Shown here: one piece after another, positions 26,879 to 37,540 of the stretch | Layout of the letters: every line of letters begins with the position of its first letter | Numbering within the stretch: position 1 is the first letter of the stretch | Made by a program: the position numbers and the translations under genes | Notes under the pieces: model-generated | Database searches by the model: none | The model's input: only the letters and a program-made list of their open reading frames with translations | What the model was told of the DNA's origin: nothing | Source: Chlamydiales bacterium | GTDB lineage: Bacteria > Chlamydiota > Chlamydiia > Chlamydiales > JBDQID01 | Assembly: GCA_047611865.1 (NCBI GenBank) | Contig: JBLFWS010000005.1 | Span: 1-46,563, forward strand | Length of the DNA: 46,563 nt | Direction of reading: 5' to 3'

Positions 26879-29800
26879 ATGTTTAGTTTTTTAAAGAAGA
26901 TCTTTGGTAGTGCGCAAGGTCGCCTTTTAACTAAGTACCGAAGTATCGTTACTGTTACGAATGAATGGGATGAGAAACTTCAACCGCTGAGTGATGAGGC
27001 TTTACGTAGTAAAACAGATGAGTTTCGTGAGAGGTTATCAAATGGAGAATCTCTAGATGATCTTTTGCCCGAAGCTTATGCGGTTGTGAAAAATGCATGT
27101 CGACGGCTTTGTGGAAGCGAAATACATGTCTCTGGTTATAATCAGAAATGGGACATGGTTCCCTATGATGTTCAAATTTTGGGCGCCATTGCGATGCATT
27201 ATGGTGCGATTGCTGAAATGCAGACTGGAGAAGGAAAGACTCTAACAGCCACAATGCCTCTTTATTTGAACGCTTTATCTGGAAATCCTGTCCACCTGGT
27301 TACGGTTAATGATTACCTTGCGGAAAGAGATTGCCAGTGGATGGGAACGGTATTTCGTTGGTTGGGTTTGACTGTTGGAGCTCTTACGGGCAATGTCCCC
27401 GTTGAATCACGGAAAGAAGTGTATAGTTGTGACATTGTTTACGGAACTTCTTCTGAGTTTGGCTTCGACTATCTACGCGATAATTCCATGGTTACTCGAA
27501 AAGAAGATCAGGTACAACGCGGTTATTTCTATTCTATTGTTGATGAAATCGATTCTATTCTTATTGACGAAGCGCGGACACCATTGATTATTTCTGGTCC
27601 GGTGCCTGTCAGCCGTCAAATGTATGATGCCCTTCAAGGTGGAGTTCTTACTTTGGTTAAGCGGCAGCTACATTATTGTAACAGGCTGGCTACAGAGGCT
27701 CGTAAGACTTTAGACAGTCTTGGTTTGGATGACGGAAGAGAAGAAACCTTGAAAGGACTGAGCAAAGAGCAGGCGGTGCAGGCTGATGCGGCCTATCGAA
27801 AGCTTTGGTTGGTCAGCAAAGGAACCCCTCGAAATAAAGTGCTTAAGAGAATTCAGGAGAATCCTGATATGCGCTCTGCAGTAGACGAATGGGACGTGTA
27901 CTTTCATGATAAGCAAAATAAAGAGGAAAGAGCCAAGGTTTTGGCGGAGCTTTTTATCGTTGTTGATGAAAGAGCAAGTGAATACGAACTCACTGATAAG
28001 GGCATTTCTGAGTGGGGGGTGTGTTCAGAGGGTGAGGGTAGTAGTGAAGACTTTACTATGCTGGACCTTGGTGGTGAGTACTTGAAAATTGATGGAGATG
28101 CGGGTTTTTCTTCAGAAGAAAAAGTTAATCGAAAGGTTATGCTTCGTGAAGAGGATGCGAAAAAGAAAGAGCGAGCTCATAATCTTCGTCAGCTTTTTCG
28201 AGCCCATTTGTTGATGGAATCTGATGTAGATTACATCGTGCAGGAAGGAAAAGTTATCATAATCGATGAACATACGGGGCGCCCTCAACCCGGGAGGCGT
28301 TTTTCTGATGGTTTGCATCAGTCTATTGAAGCGAAAGAACAGGTGCCTATTCAGAAAGAGACTCAAACGTATGCTTCCATTACTTTACAGAACTATTTCC
28401 GTATGTATGAAAAGCTGTCTGGAATGACAGGGACGGCGATGACAGAAGCTCATGAATTTAAAGAGATTTATAAGCTCGAAGTTTTGGAGATCCCTACTCA
28501 TGTTCCTTGTAAACGTGACGACCATAATGATGAAATCTATATGACCGAAAGAGAAAAGTACACTGCTATTCTCAAGGAAGTAGGAGATATTCATAAGTTA
28601 GGAAGACCTATACTTATTGGAACAGAATCAGTAGAGGTTTCAGAAAAGCTTTCGCGTATTTTTAAACAGAATAAGCTGGATCATAAAGTTTTAAATGCCA
28701 AACATCACTCTGACGAAGCGGAAGTGATCTCCCAGGCAGGCTTGCGAGGAGCTGTGACCATCTCAACCAATATGGCAGGAAGGGGAACAGATATTAAACT
28801 TGGAGAGGGAGTAGCTGGATTAGGAGGCCTTTATGTTCTTGGAACTACCAGGCACCAGTCTCGTCGGATTGACAGACAGCTTAGGGGTAGATGTGGTCGC
28901 TTGGGAGATCCAGGCAAATCTAAGTTTTATGTATCTTTTGAAGATTCTTTGATGAGGCTGTTCGCATCTCCAAATGTTACGTCTATGTTGAAAAGATTCA
29001 GGCCTCCGGAAGGAGAGCCTATTTCGGCAAGTATTCTTAATAGATCGATAGAAACAGCCCAAAAGCGTATTGAGCAAAGAAACTTCATGATCCGTAAGCA
29101 TACTTTGCAGTACGACGATGTGATGAACATGCAGCGTCAAGAAATATATTCTTTTCGTAATGAAATTCTGCATAGCAAAAGAATTTTTGATTTAGCCGAA
29201 GAGGTTCTGCAGGCATGTTGTGAATCAGCCTCTGAAGAGTATTTGAGTGATAGAGAGGATCAGGGGGCTTGGGATCCAAAGGGTTTTCAAGAGTGGTCGG
29301 AACAGCACTTTCCAGTGAATTTTGAAGGACGGGTCTTTGATGATGATTATGTTACTGCAGAGGAACTTGAAAAGCTTGTTATTGAGAAGTTGAAAGAAGC
29401 TTTGAAAGCAAAAATGGATTTTGAAAGGCAAAAGGCTTCTTCTCTGCCTCCAGAATTGGGAGAGGCACATAAAAATGTTTTGGATCGCGGGGTTCGTAGC
29501 TTGATGGTCCGTAAGGTCGATCAGCTTTGGCAAGAGCATCTTCTTGAAATGGATAACTTGAGAACAGAAGTATCCATGCGTACCGTGGGACAGAAAGATC
29601 CGTTGTTGGAATTTAAGACGGAGGCATTTGAACTCTTTCATGGACTTAGCCAACGGCTTCGTTCTGAGATAGCCTATGACTTATTTAAGCTTGAGGTGAT
29701 GCTTCCCGATACAGGCTGGTTGCAAAATGTTATGGATAAGTTACAGCTGGAAACTAAGCGTTCTTTTGTAGACGACATAGATCAACCTATGGAGTCTGAA

Positions 29801-29935
29801 AAGATGGAAGATGGAGAAGAAGCGCGTGCGCAGCCTGTAATTGTGGGAGCAAAGGTAGGTCGTAATGATCCTTGCCCCTGTGAAAGTGGAAAAAAGTTTA
29901 AGAAATGTTGTGGTGTGCAAGAATTCGCTGAGTGA
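26879..29935 (+). CDS. secA: Preprotein translocase SecA
   Basis: EMQTGEGKT, VDEIDSILIDEARTPLIIS, TNMAGRGTDI and C-terminal SEC-C motif CPCESGKKFKKCC. Confidence 0.99.
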   Translation: MFSFLKKIFGSAQGRLLTKYRSIVTVTNEWDEKLQPLSDEALRSKTDEFRERLSNGESLDDLLPEAYAVVKNACRRLCGSEIHVSGYNQKWDMVPYDVQILGAIAMHYGAIAEMQTGEGKTLTATMPLYLNALSGNPVHLVTVNDYLAERDCQWMGTVFRWLGLTVGALTGNVPVESRKEVYSCDIVYGTSSEFGFDYLRDNSMVTRKEDQVQRGYFYSIVDEIDSILIDEARTPLIISGPVPVSRQMYDALQGGVLTLVKRQLHYCNRLATEARKTLDSLGLDDGREETLKGLSKEQAVQADAAYRKLWLVSKGTPRNKVLKRIQENPDMRSAVDEWDVYFHDKQNKEERAKVLAELFIVVDERASEYELTDKGISEWGVCSEGEGSSEDFTMLDLGGEYLKIDGDAGFSSEEKVNRKVMLREEDAKKKERAHNLRQLFRAHLLMESDVDYIVQEGKVIIIDEHTGRPQPGRRFSDGLHQSIEAKEQVPIQKETQTYASITLQNYFRMYEKLSGMTGTAMTEAHEFKEIYKLEVLEIPTHVPCKRDDHNDEIYMTEREKYTAILKEVGDIHKLGRPILIGTESVEVSEKLSRIFKQNKLDHKVLNAKHHSDEAEVISQAGLRGAVTISTNMAGRGTDIKLGEGVAGLGGLYVLGTTRHQSRRIDRQLRGRCGRLGDPGKSKFYVSFEDSLMRLFASPNVTSMLKRFRPPEGEPISASILNRSIETAQKRIEQRNFMIRKHTLQYDDVMNMQRQEIYSFRNEILHSKRIFDLAEEVLQACCESASEEYLSDREDQGAWDPKGFQEWSEQHFPVNFEGRVFDDDYVTAEELEKLVIEKLKEALKAKMDFERQKASSLPPELGEAHKNVLDRGVRSLMVRKVDQLWQEHLLEMDNLRTEVSMRTVGQKDPLLEFKTEAFELFHGLSQRLRSEIAYDLFKLEVMLPDTGWLQNVMDKLQLETKRSFVDDIDQPMESEKMEDGEEARAQPVIVGAKVGRNDPCPCESGKKFKKCCGVQEFAE

Positions 29936-30933
29936 GGAGAACGATGACTGTTGACATTAGAGATTTGAATTGTATTGTTCGTGAAGCAAACCAGAAATTC
30001 CAGAGTGTGCGGGAAGAAATCAATAAGGTAATCGTCGGGCAGCACAGTCTGATTGAAAGCCTTTTGATAGCTATGCTTTCAGATGGGCACATTTTATTAG
30101 AAGGTCTTCCTGGTTTAGCGAAAACCCTTGCTGTGACAACCCTGGCAAAGGTGGTAGATTGTGATTTTAAGCGTATACAATTTACTCCTGATTTGTTGCC
30201 GGCAGACCTTGTGGGAACGACGATATACAATCCTAAGGAAGGGACATTTACAGTTAAAAAAGGCCCTCTCTTTACCAATCTTGTTTTGGCCGATGAAATA
30301 AACAGGGCTCCAGCAAAGGTGCAATCAGCTTTGTTAGAAGTCATGGCAGAAAAGCAGATTACGATTGGCAGTGAAACATTTTATACGGGTGATCCTTTCC
30401 TAGTACTCGCGACACAAAATCCAGTAGATCAGGAAGGGACCTATCCTCTACCTGAGGCTCAGACAGACCGTTTCATGATGAAGGTAAAAGTTGAGTATCC
30501 TAAGCGTGAGGATGAGAAGCTTATCCTTACACGGATGTCATCTTTTCTCAGAAAGCCATCAGTTAATGGGGTTATTGGAGCAGAAGATATTCTTCAGGCT
30601 CGTCGTATTGTGGACGATATCTACGTAGATGAAAAAGTTCAGGAATATATTTTAGATGTGATCTTCGCGACTAGAGAGCCCCAAAAGTCAGTGCCAGAAA
30701 TAGAAGGTCTGCTGGAATATGGGGCTTCACCAAGGGCAAGCATTGCTTTGATGGTAACGGCTAAGGCTCATGCCTTTTTACAAGGACGAGCCTTTGTGAC
30801 TCCTCATGATGTCAAAAGTGTGGGGCATAGGGTATTGCGACATCGTCTACGTTTATCTTACGAAGCGGAAGCAGAGGAAATTACCTCTGACATTGTAATA
30901 GACAGGATTTTTGATAAACTCTTAGTCCCTTAA
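29932..30933 (+). CDS. moxR: MoxR-family AAA+ ATPase
   Basis: EGLPGLAKT, RIQFTPDLLPAD, LADEINRA and ATQNP motifs. Confidence 0.95.
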   Translation: MRRTMTVDIRDLNCIVREANQKFQSVREEINKVIVGQHSLIESLLIAMLSDGHILLEGLPGLAKTLAVTTLAKVVDCDFKRIQFTPDLLPADLVGTTIYNPKEGTFTVKKGPLFTNLVLADEINRAPAKVQSALLEVMAEKQITIGSETFYTGDPFLVLATQNPVDQEGTYPLPEAQTDRFMMKVKVEYPKREDEKLILTRMSSFLRKPSVNGVIGAEDILQARRIVDDIYVDEKVQEYILDVIFATREPQKSVPEIEGLLEYGASPRASIALMVTAKAHAFLQGRAFVTPHDVKSVGHRVLRHRLRLSYEAEAEEITSDIVIDRIFDKLLVP

Positions 30934-30975
30934 AACTCGCGTCAGAAATTCCAATTTTGTGATTGTTGGTAGTAT

Positions 30976-31854
30976 ATGTTGTCTAAAGAGATTCTAAAAA
31001 GTATCAGGCGTATTCAAATTAAAACAGATCGTGCTGTAGATGATATATTGGCGGGAGCCTACCATTCTGCTTTCAAAGGCAGAGGTATGGAGTTCGAGGA
31101 TGTCAGAGAATACGAGATGGGAGATGATGTTAGGAACATCGATTGGAATGTAACGGCGAGGATGAGTCAAGCCTATATAAAGAGCTTTCGTGAAGAGCGA
31201 GAGCTTACTGTGATGTTACTCGTGGATGTTTCGTCTTCATCTTGTTTTGGTACAAAAAAGCGTTTGAAGAAAGAGTTGCTTGCTGAAATTGGGGCTTTAT
31301 TAGCCTTTTCAGCAATTCGTAATAACGATCGAGTCGGGCTTATTTTATTTACAGATACCGTAGAAAAGTTTCTTCCTCCAGGTAAGGGGCTACGTCATGT
31401 TCTGCGAGTGATACGAGAGCTTTTGGTATTTAGTCCTCAGGGGGCTGGCACGGATATTCAGGAGGCTTTATCTTTTCTTTGTAAAATACAGAAAAGAAAA
31501 GGAGTCTGTTTTGTGATTAGTGACTTTATGGCTCCAGATTGCGCTCATACTTTTGCACTAGTAGCGAAACGTCATGATCTTATTTCTATTTTCACGAGTG
31601 ACCCGAAAGAAGAGCAATTGCCAGATATGGGGCTAGTGACTTTTCGTGATTGCGAAACAGGAGAAGAGACTATTATTGATACTTCTGTATTAGAGTTGCG
31701 GGAAGCTTTTGCAAGGGAAGCTGCAGATCGACGAGAAAAGTGTAAAAAACTTATGCAAAGGATTGATGCGGGCTTTATGTCTATAAGGACAGATGAGGAA
31801 CATGCAGATGTCATAGGAAAATATTTTCGACTTCGGGAGAAAAGACGAGTATGA
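30976..31854 (+). CDS. DUF58 protein
   Basis: GMEFEDVREY..GDDVRNIDWNVTAR, DVSSS and VISDF motifs. Confidence 0.93.
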   Translation: MLSKEILKSIRRIQIKTDRAVDDILAGAYHSAFKGRGMEFEDVREYEMGDDVRNIDWNVTARMSQAYIKSFREERELTVMLLVDVSSSSCFGTKKRLKKELLAEIGALLAFSAIRNNDRVGLILFTDTVEKFLPPGKGLRHVLRVIRELLVFSPQGAGTDIQEALSFLCKIQKRKGVCFVISDFMAPDCAHTFALVAKRHDLISIFTSDPKEEQLPDMGLVTFRDCETGEETIIDTSVLELREAFAREAADRREKCKKLMQRIDAGFMSIRTDEEHADVIGKYFRLREKRRV

Positions 31855-32906
31855 GAGTCGTTCTACTTTTTCTAGTTTTATTTTTTTCACAATTTGATCT
31901 TAGTGGCAGTGAGCAGGAAAAATTTTCTATCGATGTGTCCTTGTCTTCTAACGAGATTGCTTTTGAAGATCAGTTAACGATTTTTCTGACTCTACATTAT
32001 CCTTCTACTCATCAGGTGGACCTTGAGGCTTTGCGATCAAACATTATTGATGACGAGGTTTTATTAAAGGAGTCCTTTGCCATTATAGATGAGGAAATAG
32101 AGTCTCCTCAAGAGAGCGATGGACAGATGATGCAGAATATTCGTTATCAACTGGACCCGACGTTCTCTGGTAGGCATCCGATAAGTTTTATGTCTGTGCA
32201 ATTTTCCTCTTTTGATAGTGATGAAGTGGTAGAGATATTTTCTGATTTCTATCAAGTGAGAGTACTTCAGCCTGATGAGAGTCCGATAGAGGTGTTGACG
32301 GCGGCGTCTTTATTATCGCTGGATAGTAAACCGACAATCCGCATGGATGCAAGAAACCGCTCTCAAATTTTTGAGAATTCAGAAAGAGAAAAATTAGAAG
32401 TTTTAAGAAACCTGGCTGTTTTTGAAAGGTCACGGAACTTTTGGGGTTGGATCATTGCTTGTAGCACGATGTTGGTGTTTACTTGCTTTGGAGCGTATCT
32501 TTTTAAGCGAGGCTTTCTAAACAAGGGCCGGGGAGAGCCTAGTTCTGAAGATCCCAAAAGTAAAGCCTTGAAAGCACTGGAGGCTTTGTTATCTCTACAA
32601 CTTCCGGGAAAAAAGGAATTTGAGACTTTTTATGTTCAACTTACAGGTATTGTTCGAGTTTATGTGGAGGAAGAGTTTCACTTAAAGGCTCCTGAAAGAA
32701 CGACAGAGGAGTTTTTGCGCGAACTTTCTGGGAGTTCTTATTTTGATATGGAGACGACGATACTACTTGAGGAATTCTTGACCTATGCGGATTTGGTGAA
32801 GTTTGCTCGTTTTAGTCCAGATGTAAAAGAGTGTGTTAAAGCAGGGGAATCCGCAGAAACTTTTGTGAATCATTCATCATACATTACGTCTGAATCGAAA
32901 TCCTAG
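31851..32906 (+). CDS. Bat-operon-type membrane protein (signal peptide, Ig-like region, TM, C-terminal helical domain)
   Basis: APERTTEEFL and ADLVKFA motifs typical of the gene following DUF58 in bat clusters. Confidence 0.75.
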   Translation: MRVVLLFLVLFFSQFDLSGSEQEKFSIDVSLSSNEIAFEDQLTIFLTLHYPSTHQVDLEALRSNIIDDEVLLKESFAIIDEEIESPQESDGQMMQNIRYQLDPTFSGRHPISFMSVQFSSFDSDEVVEIFSDFYQVRVLQPDESPIEVLTAASLLSLDSKPTIRMDARNRSQIFENSEREKLEVLRNLAVFERSRNFWGWIIACSTMLVFTCFGAYLFKRGFLNKGRGEPSSEDPKSKALKALEALLSLQLPGKKEFETFYVQLTGIVRVYVEEEFHLKAPERTTEEFLRELSGSSYFDMETTILLEEFLTYADLVKFARFSPDVKECVKAGESAETFVNHSSYITSESKS

Positions 32907-33704
32907 CCAGCATTCTTCTTGAAATTCTTCTAGTAAAGCCCAGTTTCTTTTTTCACATTCTTTAAGGTAGATATCTCGTTCGTCTTCCAGAATTCCGGAA
33001 ATAAAACACTCTCCGGGTATGGAATGTAATCCAGATAAAGTATCCCAAGCAACCTTTTGTTCAGTTCTAATCATATTCATGAGGATGACAAGTTCTTGAT
33101 TTTCGCTTGGGTGATATTGGCCAGGTAGTAGAAATGAGAGGCTCTTGTTCATCTTATTGAGAGCGGCATTTTCTTGCGCGTGGATAATGGCATCTTCGTC
33201 GATGTCGATACCTACGACCTCAGAGGCACCCATTCTGACAGAAGCAAATGACAAGACGCCACTGCCGGAGCCAATATCAAGTACTTTTTTTCCAGGGATG
33301 AACTTGGCCATCATAGATAGGGTTATTCGGGTGGTGGCATGGGAGAGATCACCGAAACCGGGTCCTGGTTTCAGGAGAATTTTTTTATTTTCCCCATCAG
33401 AGGATGTATAGCCAAAGTCAGATAGGTCGAGGTGTACGTAGCCATCTCTATAGTTTTGGGCATGGATAGCCCAGTTAGCTTCCCAATCGACAGAGTTGAA
33501 TTCTACTTCTTCCGATGCAGTGATTCCAGCGTGGAGGTGAATGCAGGCTTCTCTTTCAACATCGGGAGGGAGGTTACAATAGAGGCGAGTACCTTGATCG
33601 TGGTCTGTAATGGTGTAGAGGTTGGTCGCGCCAATATCTTCTAAAATGGTCCAAACCTCGTTAGAGATTGATGATGAGTTTAAAAGGAAGCAAGAAAATT
33701 TCAT
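32877..33704 (-). CDS. prmA: Ribosomal protein L11 methyltransferase-like protein
   Basis: VDWEANW, PGPGFGDLSHATT, VLDIGSGSGVL and ISGIL motifs; ATG at 33704 preferred. Confidence 0.88.
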   Translation of the reverse strand: MKFSCFLLNSSSISNEVWTILEDIGATNLYTITDHDQGTRLYCNLPPDVEREACIHLHAGITASEEVEFNSVDWEANWAIHAQNYRDGYVHLDLSDFGYTSSDGENKKILLKPGPGFGDLSHATTRITLSMMAKFIPGKKVLDIGSGSGVLSFASVRMGASEVVGIDIDEDAIIHAQENAALNKMNKSLSFLLPGQYHPSENQELVILMNMIRTEQKVAWDTLSGLHSIPGECFISGILEDERDIYLKECEKRNWALLEEFQEECWLGFRFRRNV

Positions 33705-33754
33705 GGGATATCTTTGTAAAGCGGTTTTACACAAAGGGGATTATAGCGTTTTTC

Positions 33755-35110
33755 TCAGTCATGTGCAAAGTGTTTTCGCATTAAGAGGAAAGCGACAATA
33801 CTTGATAGGATGTTTCCAATGCTTAGTCCTACAAAGACTCCAGATACACCAAAGAGATAGGACCCACCAAAAGACAAGGGTATGTATAGGCCAAACAATC
33901 GAAACAATTGAATACATGTGGCCAACATAGGCTTATGGGCAGCATTAAATGCAGCACTTACTAGGACGGTGACTCCCAGAAATCCATAGCTGAAAGGAAT
34001 CATCCATAGAAAAGTTTGTATAGTGCCTCTGATGGTGACATCATCGCTGAAGAGAAACGCAAGAGATGAAGAAAAGAAGACGAGAATGATAGAGACGACT
34101 CCTTGCCATAATAGAGAAAATACTAGGCAGGCTTTAAGAGCTTCATGTACGCGGGGGTGTTTTCCAGCTCCAAGATTCTGGCCTATAAATGGAGTAAGTA
34201 CTGTAGATAAGGAAATAATTACGAGTATGACTATGGGCTCCAGTCGGCTGCCTACCCCGAAACCTGCTACAGTTTTAGGTCCATAGCTTGCTAATAAAGC
34301 GGTAATTATACCGGTGGTAATGGGAGACAAAACATTGGTACCCATGGCTGGAAGAGCAATATGGAGAATTCTCTTCCAGGCATGAAGAACATGTCTCAAT
34401 TTAGGAAAGGAGAGATCTAGCATTTTTTCGCGACGGATTAATATCCATAAGCTGGGAAATAAGGTAATGAACCATGCAATAACCGTTGCTAAAGCGGCCC
34501 CTTTCATCTCCAGCCTGGGAAAACCCCAGAGCCCAAAAATTAGGAGAGGATCAAGAATTGCATTTATTAATGTTGAGGTCATCATTATGATACTGGGAGT
34601 CTTTGTGTCGCCAGTTGCTCGTACCAGATTATTTCCGATCATGGGTATAACAAGAAAGCCTACCCCCATAAACCATATACTGATGTAATCCTCTATAAGG
34701 GGGAGTAAATTTGCTGGAGCTCCCATCATTGTGAAGAGGGGTTTGATGGTAAGCAGGCCAATGGTTGCCATTGTAATGACAATGACCATGGATAGAGCGA
34801 GACTATAGGTAGCGAGGTGCTTTACCTCATCATGGTCACCTTTTCCTATGGCTCTTGAAACCACGGAAGAGGTGGCTACGCCGAGGCCGATTCCCACACT
34901 AATAATGGTAAAGCAAACAGGAAAGGTGAAGCTTATGGCTGCGAGTTCGTCAGTTCCAAGTTGTGCAACAAAAAAAGTATCGACGGCACCGAAAAGCATT
35001 ATGGACACAAAGCCGAAAATCATAGGGATCGTGAGGCGTGCTAAAGTTTCTTTAACGGGACCTTCTATCAATAGTGATCTGTCCTGAGGCTCCAAGATAC
35101 CCATTCCCAT
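33755..35110 (-). CDS. MATE-family efflux transporter
   Basis: About 12 TM helices; VDTFFVAQLG, RATGDTKTP, NAILDPLLIFG and GAALAT motifs. Start uncertain (35104-35161). Confidence 0.93.
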   Translation of the reverse strand: MGMGILEPQDRSLLIEGPVKETLARLTIPMIFGFVSIMLFGAVDTFFVAQLGTDELAAISFTFPVCFTIISVGIGLGVATSSVVSRAIGKGDHDEVKHLATYSLALSMVIVITMATIGLLTIKPLFTMMGAPANLLPLIEDYISIWFMGVGFLVIPMIGNNLVRATGDTKTPSIIMMTSTLINAILDPLLIFGLWGFPRLEMKGAALATVIAWFITLFPSLWILIRREKMLDLSFPKLRHVLHAWKRILHIALPAMGTNVLSPITTGIITALLASYGPKTVAGFGVGSRLEPIVILVIISLSTVLTPFIGQNLGAGKHPRVHEALKACLVFSLLWQGVVSIILVFFSSSLAFLFSDDVTIRGTIQTFLWMIPFSYGFLGVTVLVSAAFNAAHKPMLATCIQLFRLFGLYIPLSFGGSYLFGVSGVFVGLSIGNILSSIVAFLLMRKHFAHD

Positions 35111-35183
35111 GCAAATACCCAGCCTTAAGTGAGGATTTTCTACATACTCGGATACTATCAAATAATAATTTCTTTTAGGAGAA

Positions 35184-35825
35184 CTATTGGTTTTCGATAA
35201 TATCGAGGCTTGTCTTATTTAATCGGATGTAGAGAATGCCATTTTCAGTGAGCCCTAGTATTTTATTGAGTGGGGTGAGGTGTTCTGTATCACCTTTTAG
35301 TAGGTCGGAGAAAAGGGAGAGCAGTTCAAGGTTCTGAGGAGAGGGTTGGCCGTTGACTGTATCAAAGAGCTTGAGGTTGTTCAAAGCGCTATGAAGTCTT
35401 TCGTTTGCTTTGAAGGTATGGGCCGAACTTTTTTCCATGAGAAGGTCTAAGAGAGGCATGAGGAGGTACTGCTTACCTTTCACTTGCTTGGCATTTTGAT
35501 AGTGGTGCTTGAGTAATATTTCACCAGCTTTTCGAAAGCCGTCTTTTCCCAGTAATTTGAGTTCGTTGAATTTTGGATAGAGTGCTCCTTCTTTAGGAGG
35601 GTCATTTTCTGCATCGTCGTTGTCATCAATATTACTGTGACTTTTGCCGGCCGAGTGGTTCTTATAGGCTTTAGTTGCTCGTTCGGCTTGTAAATGATGG
35701 TATTGCTCAAGAGAAAATTCCTGGACGTGGTAACCAAGTTCTTGATTAAAGAAAGTTCGAGCTTTTGAGTAAGAGGCGATGCTCAAGAGTATAAGAATTG
35801 AAACGGTTAAACCTAAGTAGTTCAT
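35184..35825 (-). CDS. T2SS-cluster protein, possible divergent GspK-like
   Basis: N-terminal hydrophobic helix; last gene of the pseudopilin run. Confidence 0.5.
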   Translation of the reverse strand: MNYLGLTVSILILLSIASYSKARTFFNQELGYHVQEFSLEQYHHLQAERATKAYKNHSAGKSHSNIDDNDDAENDPPKEGALYPKFNELKLLGKDGFRKAGEILLKHHYQNAKQVKGKQYLLMPLLDLLMEKSSAHTFKANERLHSALNNLKLFDTVNGQPSPQNLELLSLFSDLLKGDTEHLTPLNKILGLTENGILYIRLNKTSLDIIENQ

Positions 35826-35826
35826 A

Positions 35827-36486
35827 TTATGATCCTCTTAGGATAGTTACGGTATGACTGGTGGAGTGCTTCAAAGGGCAGACGAGTTCTAGTTTTTCCG
35901 AATCATTGATCATAGTGATACTAAACTTGATGTATTCGGGAATTCCTATTTCCTTGTGGTTCCATAGTTGAGGAGTAGACCATTGGTTTTTTTCGTAGTC
36001 GAAATGATAGAAATTGAAAGAGAGTTCGCTCACATTTTCCATCAAAGTTTCATAGTGATGCTGTAGTTGAGTTTCTTTCTTCTGATTATTTTGCTCAGGG
36101 AGGGACCATGTTATCAGGCAAAGGCGATGTTTCTTTTTATCGACGTAAAGACGACTCAAGACATTTGAAGAAAGGCCAGAAAGAGAAGTGGTGCGATGTG
36201 CATGAGTGAATATGAGATTGGAGTTGTCTTCGGTAAAAAAGAACGTATTTTCTTTGGAAACAGGAGGCTTTCGATTGAAATTCGTGCTCTTCGTGCTCTT
36301 CGTGAGCTTACTCATAACATTCAGTAGACGCTGGTGAGTATATTGCCAGGATTCGACATTGGCTCTTTCACGCTCCAAGCGAATATCTTCTTGATTTACT
36401 TTGTAGTAAAATCCGAATAGACCTGAAAGGAGTATTGCGCCAAGAAGTAAGGATATCAAAAGCTCGATTAAGGTCATATTTCTCAT
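35827..36486 (-). CDS. Minor pseudopilin, GspJ-like
   Basis: MRN-MTLIELLISLLLGAILL N-terminus and C-terminal W..IPEYIKF. Confidence 0.75.
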   Translation of the reverse strand: MRNMTLIELLISLLLGAILLSGLFGFYYKVNQEDIRLERERANVESWQYTHQRLLNVMSKLTKSTKSTNFNRKPPVSKENTFFFTEDNSNLIFTHAHRTTSLSGLSSNVLSRLYVDKKKHRLCLITWSLPEQNNQKKETQLQHHYETLMENVSELSFNFYHFDYEKNQWSTPQLWNHKEIGIPEYIKFSITMINDSEKLELVCPLKHSTSHTVTILRGS

Positions 36487-36944
36487 TTGCTATTCCTCAC
36501 CTTTGATTTATCCTGGATAGTAGCGAAGAATTTGTACTTGATAGGTTTGTAATCTAAAGATCCTTCCTTAGGCTTAAGTGTTATGAGAATGCGTGCGTAT
36601 TCTGGAGGGCCGTCTTTTGGAAGGGTGCTACCCTCAAAGTTGACCTGAATATCAAAGTGATCGCTGATACTTTTATAATTTTGTAAGGCAAGGTGGTCCC
36701 AGAGAATTGTTCCATTATAGAGTTTCTCTTTGATAGAGAGTATTTCGAGGTCAGCGAGACGCATATGGTGGGCTTGAGCATTGTGAGCAGCGTGTGACAT
36801 CTGTACAGCAGCATAAGGGCGCATTAGCGGAAGGGCGCATAGAGCTATGAGAGCAATAGCAATCATTACTTCCAGTAGAAAGTAATGTCTGCGTTTTCTC
36901 AATTTAGCGCAATTATTCAGGATAGAGTTCTGTAAATACGTCAT
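36483..36944 (-). CDS. Minor pseudopilin, GspI-like
   Basis: KRRHYFLLEVMIAIALIA prepilin-like segment. Confidence 0.7.
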   Translation of the reverse strand: MTYLQNSILNNCAKLRKRRHYFLLEVMIAIALIALCALPLMRPYAAVQMSHAAHNAQAHHMRLADLEILSIKEKLYNGTILWDHLALQNYKSISDHFDIQVNFEGSTLPKDGPPEYARILITLKPKEGSLDYKPIKYKFFATIQDKSKVRNSK

Positions 36945-37521
36945 CTCGACTATCCGTGGTGCTCTCTTGTTTAAGGACTGTTGAGAGTTTGTAAATTTGT
37001 CTGGGGTATCCTTTCATATGAACATAAAGGGCGCCTTCCAGATTCCTTTCAGGGGACATATAAATTCCTAAAGTACCTTGAGGCATCCTTTCACCGGAAG
37101 CTTCAAAATCCAATTGGATTTTATTATTCTTTGAGTAGTTGCTTGAAGAAAGCCACGAGAGGTAGATGTTCTCGAATTTATTTTCTTTTTGGGCAGCTTC
37201 TCGGCTTTTCTTTAGTAATTTTTTATTTTCTTCCTTGATGAGATATTCTTTGTATAAATTCGTGTTCACTTCTGAGTGAAGTATGCTTCCATTTTCAAGT
37301 TCTGAAAGCATCAAAGAAGAGTCAAAATCATTGTACATCATCAGATCATGTGCCATCTGAAGTCGTACTAATAGGGTTTTGGCATCTTGGTGGAAGCGTT
37401 CTTCTTGCACAGCTTTACTGATCTTGAAGCCAACACCAACGGATGCAATACCTACAATCATTAAAATGATGAGGATCTCAAGTAAGCTGAAGTAGCGCTT
37501 GTGGGTATGCATCGTTTTCAT
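36913..37521 (-). CDS. Minor pseudopilin, GspH-like
   Basis: HKRY-FSLLEILIILMIVG; start probably at 37521 or 37512. Confidence 0.7.
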   Translation of the reverse strand: MKTMHTHKRYFSLLEILIILMIVGIASVGVGFKISKAVQEERFHQDAKTLLVRLQMAHDLMMYNDFDSSLMLSELENGSILHSEVNTNLYKEYLIKEENKKLLKKSREAAQKENKFENIYLSWLSSSNYSKNNKIQLDFEASGERMPQGTLGIYMSPERNLEGALYVHMKGYPRQIYKLSTVLKQESTTDSRDDVFTELYPE

Positions 37522-37540
37522 AGTAGCGTTGAGCAAAGGA

